NCBI GenBank assembly: GCA_038228235.1
Contig: JBBRPK010000010.1
Coordinates: 4,551 to 68,550 of the forward strand
DNA: 64,000 nucleotides
From: Verrucomicrobiota bacterium
Lineage (GTDB): Bacteria > Verrucomicrobiota > Verrucomicrobiia > Limisphaerales > JBBRPK01
Direction of reading: 5' to 3'
Within the stretch, counting starts at the first letter, position 1. Every line of letters begins with the position of its first letter. Shown here piece after piece: positions 1 through 8,302 of this stretch. The position numbers were made by a program, and so were the translations under genes. The notes beneath the pieces were generated by a model that made no database searches, was not told the origin of the DNA, and saw nothing but the letters and a program-made list of their open reading frames with translations.

Positions 1-3000
1 AATCCGCTTTTGGCCAATCAAGCAACGGAGTGTTGCGCGAGGTTTATCTGAATATCAGCGGCGGGACGGTGAGCGCATTGACTAATAGTCCGACGTTCCC
101 GAACAGCCCCTCCTTTGAAAGCCTGGAACCCATCTTCGAGTCGCCCAGCAACATCGGCGATAGTTATGGCCAGCGCCTCCGCGCTTTGCTAACGGCCCCT
201 GCCAATGGGAATTATATCTTCTGGATTGCCAGTGACGATCAGGGCTTCCTTTATCTAGGCACTGATGAGACTCCAGGCCAAAAACGTCTGATTTGCGCGG
301 AACCGCAATGGGGCGGCTCGAGGGATTGGGATGTCAGCATCGACCGGCGGACCAACGCCACCGCCATCTTTCCGGCGATGAACCCAAATCTGCCCGCCAA
401 TCGTTCAGACTATGCCTACGGGACCATCACGCTCGCGGCGGGCCAGCGTTACTATATCGAAGCGCTGCACACCGAAGGTGGCGGGGGGGATAACCTGGCA
501 GTGGGATGGCAGCTTGCGGATGGAACTCAGGAACGGCCCATTCCCAATAATCGGCTGACACTTTATGGATTGGGCCCTCCTGTGATCACGCAGGAGCCGG
601 CCAATGTCAGCACAGTCGAAGGCGGCAGCGCCACGTTCCGGGTGGCCCTGACACACATGATCGGCGCGACTTTCCAGTGGCTGCGCAACGGGACCAATGT
701 TCCAGGAGAGACTAATAGCATTCTAGCCGTTGGGTCGCTCACTCTGGCTGATAACTCAAACCGGTTCCGATGTTTTGTGGCCAACGCCTATGGCACGACC
801 AATAGCAGTGAGGCCGTGCTCTCGGTCGTGGCCGATACAACCCCTCCCGCCATCTCGACGGTGGGGAACCTTGGCGATCCCCAGGTCGTATTCGTGGTTT
901 TTTCCGAGCCAGTCGAGGCCGCATCGGGCACCAACCTCGCCAATTACACGATCAACAATGGAATTAGCCTTCTTAGAGCCGCTTTTGGAATCGATTTTCG
1001 CACGGTAATTCTTACCACGACAGCGATCCCGGCCAGCCTCACGAACATCCTGACCGTTAACAATGTGCGGGATCGCGCGACCATACCGAACACGATTCTG
1101 CCGAATACGCAACGGACTTTTTCGCTTACGCTGCGGCCGCTGAATGTCGCGCTCCTGACCTTGCCCAGGGAACCCATAGGTCCTTCGTCTCATCGCCAAG
1201 GGGTGCTCATCTCCGAAGTGATGTATCATCCGACTAACCGGCTCGATGGGCGCAACCTGCAGTTCATTGAGGTTTACAATAGCCAGCCGTGGTTTGAGGA
1301 CATAGGCGGTTGGAGGGTCTCCGGGTCGGCCGATTTTACCTTCCCCTCGAATGCGGTCATGGCCGCCAATAGTTACCTGGCGGTGGCAGCCAGCCCGGCG
1401 GACTTCCGGGCTGTCTATAGCTTTACGAATGTGTTTGGACCGTTCGCAAATCCGACCAATTTGCAAAGCACTCCAGGAACACTGGTCCTCCAGAACAGTC
1501 ATGGCGCAGTGGTTTTCCAGATGAGTTATACAGGCGATCCGCCCTATCCCGTGGCCGCTGACGGCGCGGGCCATTCACTCGTGCTGGCCCGGCCGAGCTA
1601 TGGCGAAGGCGATGCACGCGCCTGGGAAGCGAGCGCTGCGCTTGGCGGTAATCCCGGAGCACCGGATGTGCCCCCAGTGAGCGGTTTCCAAAGGGTCTTC
1701 ATCAATGAATTCATGGCCCATACCGATCCGCCCCAACTCGATTACATCGAATTGTATAATTACAGCGATTCATCCATCAACCTCGGCGGGTGCGCTCTTT
1801 CGGATGACGCGGCCACAAACAAATTCATTATCCCCACCAACACTATAATTCAGGCCCGCGGGTTTCTTGTTTTCGATGAGAGCCAACTTGGGTTTGGGCT
1901 GGCCGCGAGTGGGGAGGCCATTTTCTTCAGACAGCCTAATAATGGCCGCGTCATTGACGCCGTCCGCTTCAGCTCGCAGCAGAACGGCGTTTCGATGGGA
2001 CGCTATCCAGATGGAGCGCCGCAGTTCACGCGCTTATCGACCCCCACGCCTGGCACAAACAACGCGCCGCCCAGGATCTCCGATGTCGTCATCAACGAAA
2101 TCATGTTCGATCCAATCAGCTCGGACTCGAACGACGAGTACATCGAACTTTTCAATTGGAGCACTAACACGGTCGATGTCGGCGGCTGGCACATTCGTGA
2201 TGCTGTGTCCTTCAATATTCCAAGCGGCACGGTGATGTCGGCAGGCAGCTACCTCGTGATTGCCCGGAACGCGAAGCATCTGCGCAATAATTATCACAAC
2301 CTTACCTCCGGGAACACACTGGGCAACTATCCGGGGAGCCTGGGAAATGGCGGAGGGCGCATCGAGTTGAACATGCCCGATCAAGTGGTCAGCACCATTG
2401 GTCCCGGCCAGTTCAAAACGAACACCATCCACGTCACTGTGGATGAGGTGACCTACGCTTCCGGCGGGCGCTGGGGAAATTGGAGCGCTCGCGGAGGCAG
2501 CAGCCTCGAGTTGCGCGACCCGCGCAGCGATCATCGCCTGGCGCCCAATTGGGGAGACAGCGATGAGTCCAGGAAGAGCCCCTGGGTGAATGTCGAGGTC
2601 ACTGGAGTGATGGACAACGGCTGGGCCGATGCTTATCAGTTGCACGTTACGTTGATGGGCCCCGGGGAGGCGCTCTTGGACAATGTAGAGGTTATTCCCG
2701 CCGGGGGCACCAACATTATCGGGAATGGAACATTTGAGAATGACGCCGCTGGGTGGGTCTTTCAGGGGAATCAGAACCAAACGAGTTGGGAACCGAGCGA
2801 AGGCTATAGCAGCGCTCATTCTTTGCATCTGCGCGCGACTGGGCGGGGGGATACCGGCTCCAATCGTGTTCGCACTCAGCTTCCTTACACTCTTTCGCCC
2901 GGGACAACCGTCACGCTGCGGGCCAAGGTGCGCTGGCTGAAGGGCAATCCTAACATTCTCCTGCGCCTTCGAGGCAACTGGCTGGAAGCCCCTGGTTACA

Positions 3001-6000
3001 TGCCGGGGATTCGCACCTTCGGCACCCCGGGCGGGCCGAACAGCATTGCGGCGCCAAATATCGGCCCCGCCATCACCGACGTCCGCCACTCCCCTGCCCT
3101 GCCCGCCGCCAATCAGGCAGTGCTGGTGCAAGCGCGCGTGGCGGATCCGGATGGAATCGCCTATCTGGCCGTGAACTACCGCATCGAACCCAGCACAAAC
3201 TATCTTACGCTGGCTATGACGAATAATGGAGCGGGCTTCTATTCAACGGTGATCCCCGGGCAGGCGGGTGGCAGCGGTGGCGCGTTTTTCATTCAAGCCA
3301 TTGATAACTCCCTCGCTCCTGCCAGCAGCACCTTTCCGAACAATGCGCCCGCGCGCGAATGCATTTTGCGTTGGGGCGACAATCTCAGCCCTGGCAGTCT
3401 GGGCGCTTATCATTTTTGGATCAGCCAAACCAATGTGAGCCGCTGGACGGCGGAAGAGAAGAAAAGCAACAATCCCAAAGACCTCACGTTCATCTATGGG
3501 GCTAGCCGCATCATTTACAATGCGGGGGGCATGTTCCACGGCAGCCCTTACCATGCGCCGGGTTACGATTCGCCGCTGGGGGCCAGTTGTGATTATGACC
3601 TGGCCTTCCCAGCGGACGAGCCCGTGCTCGGGGACACCTCCATGAGCCTGCTCCGGCCTGGGAATGGCGGCGGTGACGCGACGGCGCAAACAGAAATGCA
3701 AGCCTTTTGGTTTGCCTCCCAGTTCGGATTGCCTTTTAACTTCAACCGACCTGTCTTTGTCCTGGCAAACGGCCAGCGGCGGGAAGTGGTATTCCTCGAT
3801 TCGCAGCGACCCAGCGGGGGTTGGGTGAACGAATGGTTTCCGTCCGACGCCAATGGGGACTTGCATAAGATCCAACTTGGTTTTGAGTTTGGAGATCAAG
3901 GGTATAGCGCGGGCGAGGCCGGCTACTCGGTGGTGGGCGCGGACTTAAACCGCTATCTCACGACCGGCGGAGTGAAGAAGCAAGCGCGCTATCGTCAAAC
4001 CTGGCCCCTCCACAACGCCTCACCGTCGCAGCAAAACAACTACTCCAACATCTTTGCCCTTGTCGATGTCGTTATGACCAGCGCGGCGATCGGCAGCGAT
4101 GCCTACACAACCACGTTAACCAACGCAATGGACGTTGAGGAATGGTTCAAAATCGATGTCACCCAGCATCTGTATAACAACTACGACAGCTTCTCCTACG
4201 GCGGGGGTCAGAACGCCTTCGCTTACAAACCGCAACACGACACTTGGAAGCAACTACTTTGGGATGTTGATTTCGCCTTCGGAGGCGATCCTAATGATGC
4301 GAACCTCTACGGCATCGGCAGCAACGAGCACGGTCCCCGCAACGATCATCCGCCCTTCGCTCGCATTTACCGGCAGGCGTTGATCGAAGCGGCCAACGGT
4401 TTCCTCACGGCGGCCCGCTCCAACCCTATTCTGGACGCGCGCTACAACGGGATGGTAGCCGCGGGCGCCGGCATTGGCAGCCCGCAGGGCATCAAGGACT
4501 TTACCGCCACCAAGCGGAGCGTCGTCCTCGCGCAGATCGCGGCCAACCAATCCCCTTTTGCCATAACATCCAATGGTGGCGCGGACTTCACGACCAACCG
4601 CAATCTCATCACCCTCACAGGCACCGCCCCGCTGCAAGTGCGAACCATTCTGGTCAATGGCGCGGCCTATCCAGTCTCGTGGATCTCCCTCAACACCTGG
4701 GTCCTCCGCATTCCTCTGCTCAGCGGAACGAACACCCTGCTGATTACGGGCCTTGATCCGAAGGGGGTCCCGGTGGCGGGGGTGGCCGGCTCCATCCGCA
4801 TCGTTTATACCGGGGTGAACGAACAACCGCAGGATAAAATCGTGATCAATGAAATCATGTACAACCCCATTTTCAGCGGGGCGAGTTACCTCGAGATATA
4901 CAACACCTCCAGTTCGAACGTGTTTGACCTCTCCGGCTGGCGCATGAATGGCATCGATTTCACATTCAATAACGGCACGACCCTCGAGGCGGGAGCTTAT
5001 CTGGTGTTAGCCAACGATGCTTCGGTTTTCGCCAGCACCTATGGCGCGTCCATTCCCATGGCGGGAATATTTGCCCGGAATCTCGATCCAAGCGGGGGAA
5101 CTCTGACTTTGATCAAGCCCGGCGCCACTCCCGACCTGGACACGATTATCGACCAAGTGACCTACGACAGCCAGACGCCCTGGCCGCCGGGAGCAAATGG
5201 AAAAGGAGGTTCATTGCAATTGATTGATCCCCTGCGGGATAATAATCGTGTCGCCAATTGGGCGGCGGTTGCAACCGTGGTTTCCAACAGCTCGCAAGCA
5301 TTGGTTGCGATGAACAATTCATGGAACTACAACCAAATAGACAATCTCGACGGAGTAAACTGGACCGATCCAGCCTACAACGACTCCACCCTGAATTGGT
5401 CGAATCCGAGTCCATCGCTTCTTTATGTAAGCACCACGCCACAAAACATCACAGGCGGGCCTCTCGGGACGGTGCTTGCTTTAACGAACAATAATACGGG
5501 CGGCCAGAGCACCCCGACCTTCTATTTCCGCACTCACTTCAATTATGCGGGCAGCCTGAACGGCATTGCATTGTCACTCCAAACGGTAATTGATGACGGG
5601 GCGGTGTTCTACCTTAACGGCCAGGAGGTTTTGCGCCTTGGCATGCCGGGAGGCGTGATCAGCTATTCGACAGTCAACGGCGTTCGTACGGTTGGCCAGG
5701 CTTCGCTCGAGTCTTTCCTGCTCCCGGCAACTTACCTGGTCCAGGGCGACAACGTTCTGGCCGCCGAAGTGCATCAGTGGACCAATATCAGCAGTGATCT
5801 GGTATTTGGGCTGAGCCTGGACACCGCATCCAGCTCGCAACTGGCCGCCTTTACCCCAGGCGCGCGTAACTCCGTGCGCAGTTCGCTGCCCGCCTTCCCT
5901 TTGCTTTGGCTCAATGAAGTGCTGCCGAGTAATACCTTCTCAGGCACCAATGGAATCACTGACCGTTTTGGGGAACGGGACCCGTGGCTGGAGCTCTATA

Positions 6001-7904
6001 ATGGGGGAACCAACTCTATTAACCTTGGGGGTTATTATCTGGCAAATAATTACACCAATCTCATCCAGTGGGCTTTTCCCTCCAACACAGTAATCGGGCC
6101 GAAGCAATTTCTGCTCGTCTGGCTGGATGGCCAACCCGAGCAGTCGGCCACCAACGAACTGCATGCCAATTTTCGCCTGGCACCGGTGAGCGGCTCGGTC
6201 GTCCTCAGCAAAGGTCCAAGCCTCTCCTCGATTCTCGATTATTTCAACTATAACGTTTCGGTGGCCGGCCGCTCCTATGGTTCCTTCCCAGATGGCGCGG
6301 TAAGCGGCCGGCGGACCTTTTTGATTACCACCCCGGGTGGGACAAACAACCCGGCGTTCCCGTCCGTCGAGGTTCGCATCAACGAATGGATGGCAGACAA
6401 TGTGACGACCCTTGCCGATCCGGCCGATGGTCTCTTCAAAGATTGGTTCGAAATCTACAATCCAAGCGCCACCGTGGCCGATCTCGGTGGGTACTTTTTG
6501 AGTGACACGCTCACCAACAGGACCCAATGGGCCATCCCCCCTGGCACGATTGTGCCCGCTGGGGGTTATCTGCTGGTATGGGCAGACAACACTCCCGGCT
6601 TGAACAATCCTTCCGACGCGGATATTCATGCGAGCTTTTCGCTCTCCAAAAAAGGAGAGTCGATAGCCCTCTTCGCGCCGACTGGCGAAACGATTGACGT
6701 GGTCACCTTCGGGGCGCAGTCGGCGGATGTAAGCCAGGGACGGTTCCCGGACGGCAACACCTCGATCTTCTTCATGACCAATCCAACTCCCCGCGCGGCA
6801 AATTTTATCCAGCTTCCGAACACTCCACCCACGTTAGCTCCGCTCAACAATCGGACAGTGGATGCGGGGACGCTATTGACCTTTACAGCGGCCGCGGGTG
6901 ATGCGGATCAGCCGCCGCAGACCCTCGCGTTTTCTCTTGATCCCGGCGCTCCAACGGGCGCCAGCATCGATCCGGCCAGCGGCGTCTTCACGTGGACTCC
7001 TGCGGGCGGGCAAAGCCCCGGCAGCTACTCCGTAACGATTCGCGTGACTGACGATGGGCTGCCCAACATGAGCGCCACGCAGTCGCTCACCATTAGCGTG
7101 AACGGGGGAAACCGGCCTCCCATGCTCGCGCCCATCCTGAGCCTCAACATCAATGAAGGCAGCACTCTCACTGTGACTAACAGCGCAAGCGATCCAGACA
7201 GTCCCCCCCAAACCCTGACCTTTAGCCTCGGAATTGGCGCTCCCGACGGCATGAGCATCGATTCCGCAAGCGGTCTGATTTCCTGGACGCCGACAGAAGC
7301 TCAAGGTCCCGGCAATTATTCCATCACCGTGCGTGTCACGGACAATGGCGAACCGCCCCTTAGCGATGCGAAATCGTTTTCTGTTTCCGTGAATGAAGTC
7401 AATTCGCCACCTCAAATCTCATTCCCCTCGAATTGGACGGTGCGGGCCGAAACCTTGCTCACTTTCACGGCCAGTGCAACTGACCTGGATTTGCCGGCGC
7501 AGAGAATGACATTTAGCGTTGATCCGGGGGACCCACTCGAAGCCCAGATCGATCGTGCAACAGGCCTTTTTACCTGGTCCCCAATGGAGGCGAACACCGG
7601 GACGAACCTGCTTACCATTCGGGTGACCGACGACGGTTCGCCGCCGCGTTCTGCGGGCAGCGCATTGAGGGTTGTTGTCCTGCCAGCGTTACGCGCCAAA
7701 ATCAGTCTGAGCGGGAATATGGCCGCCATTACCTTCGGCGCGATTGCCGGCCGGTCGTACCAAGTGGAGTATAAAAATAACCTGACTGACCCTGCATGGA
7801 CCCAGCTCGGCGAAAATACAGTCGCGACTTCCTCGACTCTAACATTTAACGATACCTTAAAGACCAGCGGCCAGCGTTTCTACCGCTTCATCCAATTGGA
7901 CTAG
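1..7904 (+). CDS. Giant secreted multidomain protein, 5' end probably outside the window: PA14-like, Ig-like, six lamin-tail (LTD) domains, CotH-like domain, three cadherin-like repeats, conserved C-terminal domain
   Basis: ORF 30..7904 stays open back to base 3, and there is no signal peptide after the GTG at 30, so it is likely truncated by the window edge. The LTD signature recurs six times (VLISEVMYHP..LQFIEVYN; VFINEFMAH..DYIELYN; VVINEIMFDP..EYIELFN; IVINEIMYNP..YLEIYN; LWLNEVLP..PWLELYN; VRINEWMADN..DWFEIYN). A CotH-like block lies at ~3400-4450 (..WDVDFAFGG). Three ~95-aa repeats lie at 6819-7680 (PPQTL.FSL...G.F.WTP...Y..T.RVTDDG). Confidence 0.85.
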   Translation, partial: SAFGQSSNGVLREVYLNISGGTVSALTNSPTFPNSPSFESLEPIFESPSNIGDSYGQRLRALLTAPANGNYIFWIASDDQGFLYLGTDETPGQKRLICAEPQWGGSRDWDVSIDRRTNATAIFPAMNPNLPANRSDYAYGTITLAAGQRYYIEALHTEGGGGDNLAVGWQLADGTQERPIPNNRLTLYGLGPPVITQEPANVSTVEGGSATFRVALTHMIGATFQWLRNGTNVPGETNSILAVGSLTLADNSNRFRCFVANAYGTTNSSEAVLSVVADTTPPAISTVGNLGDPQVVFVVFSEPVEAASGTNLANYTINNGISLLRAAFGIDFRTVILTTTAIPASLTNILTVNNVRDRATIPNTILPNTQRTFSLTLRPLNVALLTLPREPIGPSSHRQGVLISEVMYHPTNRLDGRNLQFIEVYNSQPWFEDIGGWRVSGSADFTFPSNAVMAANSYLAVAASPADFRAVYSFTNVFGPFANPTNLQSTPGTLVLQNSHGAVVFQMSYTGDPPYPVAADGAGHSLVLARPSYGEGDARAWEASAALGGNPGAPDVPPVSGFQRVFINEFMAHTDPPQLDYIELYNYSDSSINLGGCALSDDAATNKFIIPTNTIIQARGFLVFDESQLGFGLAASGEAIFFRQPNNGRVIDAVRFSSQQNGVSMGRYPDGAPQFTRLSTPTPGTNNAPPRISDVVINEIMFDPISSDSNDEYIELFNWSTNTVDVGGWHIRDAVSFNIPSGTVMSAGSYLVIARNAKHLRNNYHNLTSGNTLGNYPGSLGNGGGRIELNMPDQVVSTIGPGQFKTNTIHVTVDEVTYASGGRWGNWSARGGSSLELRDPRSDHRLAPNWGDSDESRKSPWVNVEVTGVMDNGWADAYQLHVTLMGPGEALLDNVEVIPAGGTNIIGNGTFENDAAGWVFQGNQNQTSWEPSEGYSSAHSLHLRATGRGDTGSNRVRTQLPYTLSPGTTVTLRAKVRWLKGNPNILLRLRGNWLEAPGYMPGIRTFGTPGGPNSIAAPNIGPAITDVRHSPALPAANQAVLVQARVADPDGIAYLAVNYRIEPSTNYLTLAMTNNGAGFYSTVIPGQAGGSGGAFFIQAIDNSLAPASSTFPNNAPARECILRWGDNLSPGSLGAYHFWISQTNVSRWTAEEKKSNNPKDLTFIYGASRIIYNAGGMFHGSPYHAPGYDSPLGASCDYDLAFPADEPVLGDTSMSLLRPGNGGGDATAQTEMQAFWFASQFGLPFNFNRPVFVLANGQRREVVFLDSQRPSGGWVNEWFPSDANGDLHKIQLGFEFGDQGYSAGEAGYSVVGADLNRYLTTGGVKKQARYRQTWPLHNASPSQQNNYSNIFALVDVVMTSAAIGSDAYTTTLTNAMDVEEWFKIDVTQHLYNNYDSFSYGGGQNAFAYKPQHDTWKQLLWDVDFAFGGDPNDANLYGIGSNEHGPRNDHPPFARIYRQALIEAANGFLTAARSNPILDARYNGMVAAGAGIGSPQGIKDFTATKRSVVLAQIAANQSPFAITSNGGADFTTNRNLITLTGTAPLQVRTILVNGAAYPVSWISLNTWVLRIPLLSGTNTLLITGLDPKGVPVAGVAGSIRIVYTGVNEQPQDKIVINEIMYNPIFSGASYLEIYNTSSSNVFDLSGWRMNGIDFTFNNGTTLEAGAYLVLANDASVFASTYGASIPMAGIFARNLDPSGGTLTLIKPGATPDLDTIIDQVTYDSQTPWPPGANGKGGSLQLIDPLRDNNRVANWAAVATVVSNSSQALVAMNNSWNYNQIDNLDGVNWTDPAYNDSTLNWSNPSPSLLYVSTTPQNITGGPLGTVLALTNNNTGGQSTPTFYFRTHFNYAGSLNGIALSLQTVIDDGAVFYLNGQEVLRLGMPGGVISYSTVNGVRTVGQASLESFLLPATYLVQGDNVLAAEVHQWTNISSDLVFGLSLDTASSSQLAAFTPGARNSVRSSLPAFPLLWLNEVLPSNTFSGTNGITDRFGERDPWLELYNGGTNSINLGGYYLANNYTNLIQWAFPSNTVIGPKQFLLVWLDGQPEQSATNELHANFRLAPVSGSVVLSKGPSLSSILDYFNYNVSVAGRSYGSFPDGAVSGRRTFLITTPGGTNNPAFPSVEVRINEWMADNVTTLADPADGLFKDWFEIYNPSATVADLGGYFLSDTLTNRTQWAIPPGTIVPAGGYLLVWADNTPGLNNPSDADIHASFSLSKKGESIALFAPTGETIDVVTFGAQSADVSQGRFPDGNTSIFFMTNPTPRAANFIQLPNTPPTLAPLNNRTVDAGTLLTFTAAAGDADQPPQTLAFSLDPGAPTGASIDPASGVFTWTPAGGQSPGSYSVTIRVTDDGLPNMSATQSLTISVNGGNRPPMLAPILSLNINEGSTLTVTNSASDPDSPPQTLTFSLGIGAPDGMSIDSASGLISWTPTEAQGPGNYSITVRVTDNGEPPLSDAKSFSVSVNEVNSPPQISFPSNWTVRAETLLTFTASATDLDLPAQRMTFSVDPGDPLEAQIDRATGLFTWSPMEANTGTNLLTIRVTDDGSPPRSAGSALRVVVLPALRAKISLSGNMAAITFGAIAGRSYQVEYKNNLTDPAWTQLGENTVATSSTLTFNDTLKTSGQRFYRFIQLD

Positions 7905-7990
7905 AGTCCTCCGGGCTGGATCGCGGACAGAGCTGGATCCGTCTTGGTTCGGTCAGCCCGCCTCTCTCCCCGGCCCTGCCGATAAACCTC

Positions 7991-8016
7991 GTAGCAGCCG
8001 GCGTGAGCCGGCTCAC
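7991..8016. repeat. REP-like palindromic element, family D, copy 1 (interrupted by MITE A1)
   Basis: GTAGCAGCCGGCGTGAGCCGGCTCAC matches one arm plus the inner palindrome of the 68-70 bp elements at 22059-22128 and 25023-25090. A degenerate second arm (GCAGCAGCC on the minus strand, 8306-8314) lies on the far side of the MITE. Confidence 0.6.
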
Positions 8017-8028
8017 TTTTCTCGCTGA

Positions 8029-8302
8029 GAGCCTGTTTTAAAATTGCGTGGGGTCCTGCGGCGAGGGATTTTGGCTGTGGCCAAGGCGGCGAGGCCGGAG
8101 CATCCCCGCCAGCGGGCTGTGACGGCGAGTCAACGCAGGCCGCAGACAAGAGACCCGCCGCCCGGAGGGTTTTCGGGGAAAAGGCCGACTGGCTTCGTTG
8201 CTCCTCGGTCGCAGATCGCTGGCGGATATGCTCCCCTCGTCGCGCCTCGCCCTCCGGCCTTTTCCCCGAAAACAGGACCCCACGGAATTTTAAAACAGGC
8301 TC
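8029..8302. mobile_element. MITE-like non-autonomous element, family A, copy 1 (274 bp)
   Basis: 30-nt terminal inverted repeats GAGCCTGTTTTAAAATT[G/C]CGTGGGGTCCTG with one mismatch. Flanked by TGA / TAA. A second copy lies at 40066-40328. Internal perfect 19-bp stem 8169-8187 / 8255-8273. No plausible coding capacity. Confidence 0.8.
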
